A DNA stretch of 64,000 nt from a virus. Location of the stretch: positions 64,001 to 128,000 of the IMG/VR virus record IMGVR_UViG_3300043446_003177; one strand, 5' to 3'. The position numbers and the translations under genes were made by a program. A model generated the notes under the pieces. It was not told where the DNA came from. It saw only the letters and a program-made list of their open reading frames with translations, and made no database searches. Shown one piece after another: positions 19,747 to 26,646 of this stretch. Within the stretch, counting starts at the first letter, position 1, and each line of letters starts with the position of its first letter.

Positions 19747-20073
19747 ATGGAACTGACCAAATCTTTCCCCCCTGCTGATGATCTTGTGACTAAACTTTCT
19801 GCAATTGATTATCAAAAGCATTTTCATAAGTACATGGATATCGTTGAAACTGTTGTCGTTTATGTAGCTGCTATTGCTACTGTTCTCTGGGATAAGTTTC
19901 AAACCGTGAAGATCACCACTCCTGATATCATCTCTGAATATTTCTACTTCAACTTCAACATGCGTCGTGAATTTGGTGATGAATTCATTGGCGTGAGTGT
20001 TGGTAACCGTTACTTCGGGATTTATGATAACTCCGCTCAGTGGGGCATCCTGGACGAGAATGGTGCGCTCTGA
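19747..20073 (+). CDS. hypothetical protein with a hydrophobic segment
   Basis: downstream of promoter copy 6; stop lies in the next repeat. Confidence 0.7.
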   Translation: MELTKSFPPADDLVTKLSAIDYQKHFHKYMDIVETVVVYVAAIATVLWDKFQTVKITTPDIISEYFYFNFNMRREFGDEFIGVSVGNRYFGIYDNSAQWGILDENGAL

Positions 20074-20144
20074 GAACTGGCACATGGGGGGTTGATCTGC
20101 CCCCCGATCCCTGATACATTACATTCGTACCTGAGAGGCACACC

Positions 20145-20279
20145 ATGTTTGATGAACTCTGGAGTGAGATTCAAGACGCCCCTGGTGAAATCTTTGATCT
20201 CCCCGAATTGCGTGAGTTTGATGATCAGTTCGATGATAAAAGTTTCGGTGATTTCCTGAACTCCAACAATGACTTCTGA
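20145..20279 (+). CDS. 44-aa highly acidic protein
   Basis: hand translation MFDELWSEIQDAPGEIFD...; 14 D/E versus 2 K/R; GAGG RBS. Confidence 0.65.
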   Translation: MFDELWSEIQDAPGEIFDLPELREFDDQFDDKSFGDFLNSNNDF

Positions 20280-20280
20280 A

Positions 20281-20433
20281 ATGCAATCGATCAAAGAGTT
20301 CTTTAGTGATTCTGAGTGGGATCTGATTTATGATCTTTTAGAAAGCAATCGTCAGTTTGATACTGATGAGTCGTATGCTGAAGATTACGACACTGCTCTG
20401 AAGAAAATCCGCGATCTCTTTGAGGAAAAGTGA
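20281..20433 (+). CDS. 50-aa acidic protein
   Basis: hand translation MQSIKEFFSDSEWDLIY... Confidence 0.65.
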   Translation: MQSIKEFFSDSEWDLIYDLLESNRQFDTDESYAEDYDTALKKIRDLFEEK

Positions 20434-20678
20434 TGAACAACAACGCTAAGACTTGGACCGATGATTTCTCTACTCTGGTGGAGAAGTATGCCGAGTTCGT
20501 GATGGACGGCATGGATTGGAAGACTATGGAACAGTTCGTATTTGATACATTGGTTTCCTCTTACAATGAGTATTCTGAGGAAGAACTGATTAGTGAGATT
20601 CGTGAGTGTTATGATGATGAAGTCCTGGAAAGTTTCGGCGTAAAGATAACAGATGGTCCTGAGGATGTGACGGCCTGA
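20433..20678 (+). CDS. acidic conserved cyanophage protein
   Basis: YAEFVMDGMDWKTMEQF...EELISEIRECYDDEVL. Confidence 0.7.
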   Translation: MNNNAKTWTDDFSTLVEKYAEFVMDGMDWKTMEQFVFDTLVSSYNEYSEEELISEIRECYDDEVLESFGVKITDGPEDVTA

Positions 20679-20732
20679 GAACTGGCACATGGGGGGTTGC
20701 GGTCCCCCCCTTTTTCGTGCAATACTAACAGT

Positions 20733-21620
20733 ATGAAAAACACACACATCGAACACCCCGAAGATTCCATCCTGAACGGTGATCTGACCGTGCTGGATTG
20801 GTTCGTGAATGAGGGTAACCTCAGCGTCAAGATTGATGGTGCTCCCGCCATTGTGTGGGGTAAGAATCCTGCGAACGGTGAGTTCTTTGTGGGCACCAAA
20901 TCTGTGTTCAACAAAGTTAAAATCAAGATCAATCATTCTCATGAAGAAATTGATGCGAACCACCAAGGGAAGGTTGCAGAAATTCTTCATGCTTGTTTTG
21001 ATTGGTTGCCTCGTACAGAGTTTATCTTTCAAGGTGATTTTATTGGGTTTGGTGGTAGCGATGAGTATACTCCTAACACGATCACTTATAAGTTCCCTGA
21101 GGTAGTTGATCAGGAGATCATTGTTGCTCCTCATACATTCTACACTGCAGAGAATGACCTTCGTGATGCTGTAGCGCATCCGATGAACTTTATCATCACG
21201 GATACTCATTATGTGAAATTTGTGAAACCCCGTGCATACATTCTGCACGGTCAAACGTCGTTCGCTGATGTAGAAGAGGTGTGCAACTTCGCCCGTCAAA
21301 TGTCTACTACTGTGGACTTCGTTGAGGGTAAGCAACTTTCCGAACTGAAGAAGCAACTCAACGCCTGCATTCGTGAGGGTCGTGAGATTCAAGATGATGC
21401 ATTTGATTGTGATGCTAACCTGATTCGTTTGTGGAAGTTGGTTAAGAGCATCAAGGAAGATTGCCTGTTCCTGTGTCGCAATGATGGTCCTGCAGCGTAC
21501 ATCGTACAGGATCGAATTGATGCCGAAGGTTATGTGATGACCAATGAGTTTGGTATGTTCAAACTGGTGAATCGTGAGGTATTTTCTCACGCCAACTTTA
21601 CCCTGGAAAAGGCATGGTGA
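20733..21620 (+). CDS. DUF6267-like protein with ATP-dependent ligase/nucleotidyltransferase motifs
   Basis: NTHIEHPED, KIDG (motif I), FQGDF, EGYV, FKLV. Confidence 0.7.
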   Translation: MKNTHIEHPEDSILNGDLTVLDWFVNEGNLSVKIDGAPAIVWGKNPANGEFFVGTKSVFNKVKIKINHSHEEIDANHQGKVAEILHACFDWLPRTEFIFQGDFIGFGGSDEYTPNTITYKFPEVVDQEIIVAPHTFYTAENDLRDAVAHPMNFIITDTHYVKFVKPRAYILHGQTSFADVEEVCNFARQMSTTVDFVEGKQLSELKKQLNACIREGREIQDDAFDCDANLIRLWKLVKSIKEDCLFLCRNDGPAAYIVQDRIDAEGYVMTNEFGMFKLVNREVFSHANFTLEKAW

Positions 21621-21652
21621 AGATAAATACCAAAAGTATACTCAATTAGAAA

Positions 21653-21814
21653 ATGGAATATAGAAAAGAGTTAGAAGTAAATGCAGCTGCACATGAAGCC
21701 TCCAAGTTCCTCCTTGATTCATTCAATCAGGCAGTGGTTGGTGATATTAAAGTGCTCTCCAATCCCGACCAGTTGAGAAGTGTGCCAGTTGAGGAAGCGT
21801 CCACTGAGGATTGA
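21653..21814 (+). CDS. small hypothetical protein
   Basis: hand translation; C-terminus VPVEEAST is encoded by the palindrome. Confidence 0.45.
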   Translation: MEYRKELEVNAAAHEASKFLLDSFNQAVVGDIKVLSNPDQLRSVPVEEASTED

Positions 21815-21839
21815 CTTTCCCCCTGATCTGCGCCATACT
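21782..21839 (+). promoter_or_regulatory. palindrome-associated early promoter (copy 9)
   Basis: GTGCCAGTT-GAGG-AAGCGTCCAC; TTGACT-17-CATACT. Confidence 0.75.
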
Positions 21840-21880
21840 ACGTTTGTTCAATTCAATCCGTGTCGAGCACGGCAAACACA

Positions 21881-22633
21881 ATGGGTTTCAAGACTGACGG
21901 TTCTGTTCACCACGGCGGTGTGAAGAATGAGGATCTCACCGTTCGTATTCTGAATGAGATGAAGATCTACGCTCACACTGTAGAAAAGCGTGGCGGTACT
22001 AAGTGTAAAGAAGACGCTGTTGCTGGTGATCAACTGATCAGCATCAAACGCAAGGAAGGCATCAAGAATGGTTCCTTCGATTGGTTCAACACCAGCGCCT
22101 ACAATGATGTGCTGGGTGATACTTTCTCCTCCTTTCTTTCCAATGTGAAAGAGTTGCGCTCGCTGCCTGAAGTGATCCGCAACGATGATGAATTGGTCCT
22201 GAAGATCCGCGACAATTTCAATCAACTTTGTGAGTTGGCGCTGGATAGTCTCAGCAAGGATCAGATTGTTAACATCCTCAAGCGTGGTCTGATTGATAAC
22301 AACTCTGGTTTTGATGTTGTCGTTAACGACACGAAGTCTCAGGAGGTCTACATCTTCTCCGCTGACGATCATCCCGCAGTTTCCTACATCGAACGTGGTT
22401 ACACTCCCGTTCTCAAAGGCAACGGTAAATCTTCCCGCTCTGTCTACTTTGTAGATGCCGAAGGGAATGTGTATGATTGTGGTCTGCGTTTGCGGGTGAC
22501 CAGTAACAACGGGATCAATGCTTTCCTGGGCAACAGTAAAGCAAACTCTAACTCTCAAGTTGTCATCAAACTGCAGCAGGATAAGGTAGCGAATCTCCTG
22601 CAGCAGGTCGATGCCCGTGTGACGGTCTACTGA
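21881..22633 (+). CDS. putative PD-(D/E)xK type II restriction-endonuclease-like nuclease
   Basis: GVKNE...KED...ISIK spacing resembles MspI/HinP1I-type active sites. Confidence 0.55.
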   Translation: MGFKTDGSVHHGGVKNEDLTVRILNEMKIYAHTVEKRGGTKCKEDAVAGDQLISIKRKEGIKNGSFDWFNTSAYNDVLGDTFSSFLSNVKELRSLPEVIRNDDELVLKIRDNFNQLCELALDSLSKDQIVNILKRGLIDNNSGFDVVVNDTKSQEVYIFSADDHPAVSYIERGYTPVLKGNGKSSRSVYFVDAEGNVYDCGLRLRVTSNNGINAFLGNSKANSNSQVVIKLQQDKVANLLQQVDARVTVY

Positions 22634-22699
22634 GTGTCCACTGGGGGGCGCTGCTGCCCCCCTGACCCCCTACAATACTGACAGATCAAACGACCCCCC

Positions 22700-22939
22700 A
22701 TGAAAGTCCAACCCATCGGCAGCAACCAAACCGAGGTGTCCCTGGCAAACGGGACTGAGGTTCTGTTCTCCTATCAGACCCCTGTCGCCGCGCTGGTCCC
22801 TGGTCTGGGGTGGATCCGCACTGACAAGAAGTGGAGCGCCACCACCACCAAGCACATTAACGCCTGGCTGCGGAAGAACTGCGGCGGCGATGTCCAGAGT
22901 GTGCCGCAATGGGAACTGGACCAGTTGGTCGCCTTCTGA
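22700..22939 (+). CDS. conserved small phage protein
   Basis: FSYQTPVAA...WSATTTKHINAWL. Confidence 0.8.
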   Translation: MKVQPIGSNQTEVSLANGTEVLFSYQTPVAALVPGLGWIRTDKKWSATTTKHINAWLRKNCGGDVQSVPQWELDQLVAF

Positions 22940-22980
22940 CCCCCAGACCCCCTACAATATTCTCAGATCAAACGACCCCC

Positions 22981-23121
22981 ATGATCCGCTACGAAGTCCG
23001 CTACCAGACCCCCTACAATCAGTGTGAGTGGCGGTCGCAATGGTTCCGCACTCTGGAGGAAGCGGAGCGCATGGTAGAGTTCTACCGCTCCTGCGGTTCC
23101 CCTGCCCACATCGCTCCCTGA
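22981..23121 (+). CDS. small hypothetical protein
   Basis: own promoter; EAERMVEFYRSCGSPA. Confidence 0.7.
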   Translation: MIRYEVRYQTPYNQCEWRSQWFRTLEEAERMVEFYRSCGSPAHIAP

Positions 23122-23153
23122 TCTGCTACAATACTCTCAACCGCAAACGACCC

Positions 23154-23339
23154 ATGAAAGTTTACGCTGTGATCGGTGGCATTGATTATGAGGGTGAGGA
23201 TTTCGATTCCCTCCGCCTGTTCGATTGCCTCTCCACTGCCGCGGCCTATGCCCGCCAGCTGAAGGATGAGAAGGGGTTCGATTATACCATCCTGGAGACC
23301 CGCGAGGTCTGCCTGGAATCCGCCCTCTGTGCCGCCTGA
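23154..23339 (+). CDS. small hypothetical protein
   Basis: own promoter; MKVYAVIGGIDYEGEDFDSLRLFDC. Confidence 0.75.
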   Translation: MKVYAVIGGIDYEGEDFDSLRLFDCLSTAAAYARQLKDEKGFDYTILETREVCLESALCAA

Positions 23340-23413
23340 GGTACTGTCCACTCGGTCCTGGGAACGACCCTAAACTGCCCTACACTGATCAAGTCAACCA
23401 AGGGAACCAACCC

Positions 23414-23578
23414 ATGCGCTACAACCCCGCCACCGACCGTGCCGTTTCCATCGATGAGATTGCCGCCCAGTGCCGTAACGCTATCCTGAAGGCAGACGCC
23501 TGCCGCGCCATCGACGCCGCCTATGAAGAGATCCTGGAGTTTGCCCGCTGGGAGAATGATGTCCTGATCCCTGCCTGA
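23414..23578 (+). CDS. 54-aa hypothetical protein
   Basis: hand translation MRYNPATDRAVSIDEIAAQC...; own promoter. Confidence 0.7.
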   Translation: MRYNPATDRAVSIDEIAAQCRNAILKADACRAIDAAYEEILEFARWENDVLIPA

Positions 23579-23639
23579 TACAATGGGAGCGGGTGCGCCC
23601 TGAAAGACGCCCAGCACAAACCCTAACCCCTTTGATCGA

Positions 23640-23768
23640 ATGACCCGCGAACTCGCTCTGTCCCTGCTCCGTCAAGGCACCAATGGTGGCCAGATCCTGG
23701 AGATCCTGGACTCTATCGCTGCTGATGATGCCGCGGCCGGTCCGACCGCTGAAGAGATCCAATTCTGA
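23640..23768 (+). CDS. 42-aa hypothetical protein
   Basis: hand translation MTRELALSLLRQGTNGGQILEILD... Confidence 0.65.
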   Translation: MTRELALSLLRQGTNGGQILEILDSIAADDAAAGPTAEEIQF

Positions 23769-23837
23769 ATCTGACCACTGCCCCCCACGGTTCGCCGCTG
23801 GGGGGTTTACACTATGGGAACCAAAGCAAACGAACCA

Positions 23838-23999
23838 ATGCAACGCCTTGACGTGATCTGCCCCTCCGCTCCCTGGGAGAACACTACCACCGATGAGGAC
23901 CGCGCCTGGGATCTGTGCCTGTCGCTCTCTGAAGAGTATGGGTACGCTCAGGTCCGCCAGAATGGGGTGATCATCGGAGACTACACTGAGGGGCGCTGA
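23838..23999 (+). CDS. small acidic hypothetical protein
   Basis: own promoter; CAAACGAACCA leader. Confidence 0.7.
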   Translation: MQRLDVICPSAPWENTTTDEDRAWDLCLSLSEEYGYAQVRQNGVIIGDYTEGR

Positions 24000-24039
24000 C
24001 CCCCGACCTGCTACAATACTCTCAACTGCAACCGACCCC

Positions 24040-24267
24040 ATGGGCATCCCCGTCAACTGCAACGATTCCGCCAGCGTCTGGACTCTGAGCGCCAATCCGA
24101 TCACCGGTACCGTCCGGGTCCGCTGGTTCAATGCCCCCACCATCTGCTACCGTCACGAGGGCATCTCCCGCCGCGCCATCCTGTCGCTGCTCTGGGATTC
24201 CAACCGCTCGCTGGGACAGTGGGTAAACCGTCACTGCCTGCAGTCCCATGTGACCCTGACCGCCTAG
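24040..24267 (+). CDS. KTSC-like domain protein
   Basis: S..V....V.V.W....YR...I....I..LL....S.G.W.N pattern. Confidence 0.5.
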   Translation: MGIPVNCNDSASVWTLSANPITGTVRVRWFNAPTICYRHEGISRRAILSLLWDSNRSLGQWVNRHCLQSHVTLTA

Positions 24268-24293
24268 GATACTCTCAACAGCAAACGACACAG

Positions 24294-24488
24294 ATGACCG
24301 AAGACCGCCTGCTCTCCCTCTACGATCAACTGCTCGCCCTGGCCGAGCAGATCGCTGAAGAGTCCTACGGATGCGACCTGGACCGCCTGGACCCTGAGCA
24401 TCTGGAATTTTACGGTGCCCGCCTGACGGAGGATAACCTGGAGGATCTGGCTGCTGATCTGGCCGCGGCCGCCTGGTTTGAGAACTGA
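24294..24488 (+). CDS. highly acidic helical small protein
   Basis: own promoter; D/E-rich. Confidence 0.7.
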   Translation: MTEDRLLSLYDQLLALAEQIAEESYGCDLDRLDPEHLEFYGARLTEDNLEDLAADLAAAAWFEN

Positions 24489-24529
24489 CCTGCGACCTGC
24501 TACAATACCAAAGCAACCGACACCGACCC

Positions 24530-24727
24530 ATGGCCCTCTACAACATCGCCACCGATCTCCAGACCCGCCAGACCGTATGGGTCAGCACCAACGTCGCCAA
24601 GGGTCGCCCCCAGCTGAACTCCCACCGGGATGATGGTGCTGGCCGTTCGCTTGCTTCCCATGGCGTTGACGGTCTGAGCGCCGCCGAACTGGCAGGTCTG
24701 CACACTGACTACGTTGGGCGGGGTTGA
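24530..24727 (+). CDS. small hypothetical protein
   Basis: own promoter; RQTVWV motif. Confidence 0.7.
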   Translation: MALYNIATDLQTRQTVWVSTNVAKGRPQLNSHRDDGAGRSLASHGVDGLSAAELAGLHTDYVGRG

Positions 24728-24775
24728 CCCCCCCCTCCCCGTGCTACAATACTCTCAAGTCAACCGACCCGACCG

Positions 24776-24952
24776 ATGATCCTCTCCCAAGCATCCCGCC
24801 TCACCGATCGCCAGACCGTGTGGGTTGCCCGCAGGAATGACGACACCCCCTTCTACAAACTGACCACCGACTATGGGGTGCCCGCCACCGTATGGGCAGC
24901 GCAGTTCGCTGAGGTGTGCGCCGCCGACGTGCAACCGATTCAATGGGGGTGA
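24776..24952 (+). CDS. 58-aa protein paralogous to the upstream ORF
   Basis: hand translation MILSQASRLTDRQTVWVARR...QWG. Confidence 0.7.
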   Translation: MILSQASRLTDRQTVWVARRNDDTPFYKLTTDYGVPATVWAAQFAEVCAADVQPIQWG

Positions 24953-25011
24953 CCCCCCACCTGCTACAATACTCTCAACCCAATCGCCCCGTGTCGATCA
25001 CGGGTCACCCT

Positions 25012-25230
25012 ATGTCCCCCGTCCGCATCAAAGACGCCCGCCGTACCCTTGACCGCTTGGGTATGGTCTGCCGTGAGGGTGCTAAGCATCGCATCTACAC
25101 TCACCCAACCCGCCCCGATCTTCGGATGACTCTGCCCCATCGCGGTTCGGGTGGGCGTCCTACGCTGTCCGTTGGTCTGTCGTCCTCATTTCATAAGTTC
25201 GTGGCGGCAGTGGAAGCGGTTCGTTCGTGA
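25012..25230 (+). CDS. hicA: HicA-family mRNA interferase-like protein
   Basis: L.RLG...REGAKHRIYTHP...RMTLPH dsRBD-fold pattern. Confidence 0.7.
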   Translation: MSPVRIKDARRTLDRLGMVCREGAKHRIYTHPTRPDLRMTLPHRGSGGRPTLSVGLSSSFHKFVAAVEAVRS

Positions 25231-25471
25231 AGGGCAGCGGGCAGTGTATGGTATAACGTTATCGTTATGCCCGCCCGCCGCGCCCCCTTATATAAAAATC
25301 GATAACTACCCTAACCTACAACGGACCAAAAGAGCGAGAGAGATATAAAGAGACTGAAAAAATTTTTGGGTAGAAAAAACCGAAAAAGGGGTTTTATAAA
25401 CCTGCATATATAATGGGAAATAACTGAGGTTGTCTCAAAAATTTTTTCGGCGCATAATTCCAGATAATCTT

Positions 25472-25633
25472 ATGAAGACTGTATATTGCATCTACGCGAA
25501 AGGCAGACGCATTTTTGAAAATTTATCAGAGGATGATTTTCAGCAAATCTGGACAGGGCTAAATCAACTAGTCTCGATATATACGGATGTCGAACGAGAG
25601 GATCTGAGTTTTACGCAAATAGAAATTGAGTAA
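25472..25633 (+). CDS. conserved small cyanophage protein
   Basis: YCIYAKGRRIFENLSEDDF; resembles 26458-26646. Confidence 0.65.
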   Translation: MKTVYCIYAKGRRIFENLSEDDFQQIWTGLNQLVSIYTDVEREDLSFTQIEIE

Positions 25634-25662
25634 TTGACTTATTCAAGACAATAGACTAAAAT
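25634..25662 (+). promoter_or_regulatory. sigma70-like promoter
   Basis: TTGACT-17-TAAAAT. Confidence 0.7.
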
Positions 25663-25684
25663 TGATCTGAGGTTACTAAAACTT

Positions 25685-26458
25685 ATGGCAAAAGGATTTA
25701 CTGTTAAAACTGTTGCGCCTAAACCCAAAGCCACTGGCGAAGATTGGGATTATGACGCAATTAAAAAAAGAATGCAAGGTAAGAACATTGTATTCTGTCT
25801 ACCTGGGAGGGGATGCTCATTTCTCTTCCTGAAAAATTTCGTGCAACTTTGTTTTGATCTCGTCCAGAATGGAATGAGTATTCAAATTTCTCAAGATTAC
25901 TCGTCGATGGTAAACTTTGCACGTTGTAAGTGTCTCGGAGCAAATGTTCTGAGGGGTCCGAAGCAGATTCCCTGGGACGGTAAGCTTCCTTACGATTATC
26001 AACTGTGGATTGATAGTGATATCGTATTCACCACTGAAAAGTTCTGGCAACTCTGTGATCTGGCTTTCCCAGAAGAAGGGGAAGAGCGTGAAATCGCTGC
26101 TGGTTGGTATTGCACAGAAGATGGTTCAACCACTTCCGTTGCTCACTGGTTGGAAGAAGATGATTTCCGTAAGAACGGTGGCGTCATGAATCATGAAACA
26201 CTTGATACCATGAGCAAGCGTCGCAAACCATTTACTGTCGATTACACAGGATTTGGTTGGGTTCTGATTAAGAACGGTGTCTTTGAAAATCTGGAATATC
26301 CTTGGTTTGCACCTAAGATGCAAGTCTTTGAGTCCGGTAATGTACAAGACATGTGTGGCGAGGATGTCTCATTCTGTCTAGATGCTAAGGATGCAGGCTT
26401 TGAAATCTGGTGCGACCCTCGTGTTCGCGTCGGTCACGAAAAGACTCGTATCATCTGA
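25685..26458 (+). CDS. GT-A glycosyltransferase-like core cyanomyophage protein
   Basis: WIDSD (DxD), TGFGWVLIK, GEDVSFC, VGHEK. Confidence 0.8.
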   Translation: MAKGFTVKTVAPKPKATGEDWDYDAIKKRMQGKNIVFCLPGRGCSFLFLKNFVQLCFDLVQNGMSIQISQDYSSMVNFARCKCLGANVLRGPKQIPWDGKLPYDYQLWIDSDIVFTTEKFWQLCDLAFPEEGEEREIAAGWYCTEDGSTTSVAHWLEEDDFRKNGGVMNHETLDTMSKRRKPFTVDYTGFGWVLIKNGVFENLEYPWFAPKMQVFESGNVQDMCGEDVSFCLDAKDAGFEIWCDPRVRVGHEKTRII

Positions 26459-26646
26459 TGAAATACAATATTCTTTATAACGGTCGGAAAATATATCAAA
26501 GCCTCTCACAAGAAGAGTGCTTAGAGATACTGCAAGACTTTTCTGAAGAATATTATGAAAAAGATTCTGATATTGATGTAAACTTAATTGAATTGGAGGA
26601 AATCTATGGCGAAGAGACCAGCACTGGGAAACAAGATTGTAATTGA
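26458..26646 (+). CDS. small hypothetical protein
   Basis: TGATG coupling. Confidence 0.6.
   Translation: MKYNILYNGRKIYQSLSQEECLEILQDFSEEYYEKDSDIDVNLIELEEIYGEETSTGKQDCN

Larger units (their letters stand above)
20070..20699 (+). repeat. 25-bp identical direct repeats (promoter copies 7 and 8)
   Basis: CTGAGAACTGGCACATGGGGGGTTG at 20070-20094 and 20675-20699. Confidence 0.9.
22619..25011 (+). repeat. GC-rich array of one-gene cassettes, each with its own promoter and leader (TGCTACAATACTCTCAA...CAAMCGACCC-ATG)
   Basis: -10 boxes at 22671, 22953, 23127, 23381, 23579, 23808, 24012, 24265, 24501, 24745, 24965; TGCTACAATACTCTCAA exact at 23124, 24009, 24742, 24962. Confidence 0.9.

Noticed and set aside
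11865-23351. Integron attC/attI sites or shufflon
   Set aside because: The dyad is GTT-N4-AAC, not the RYYYAAC...GTTRRRY attC layout; there is no tyrosine recombinase in the window; the fixed spacing to -10 favours a promoter element
20385-24531. Long minus-strand ORFs (20385-21590, 21848-22558, 23481-24143, 24022-24531; also 19037-19723)
   Set aside because: They are antisense shadows of + strand genes that have clear promoters and motifs; open frames are explained by codon bias and high GC
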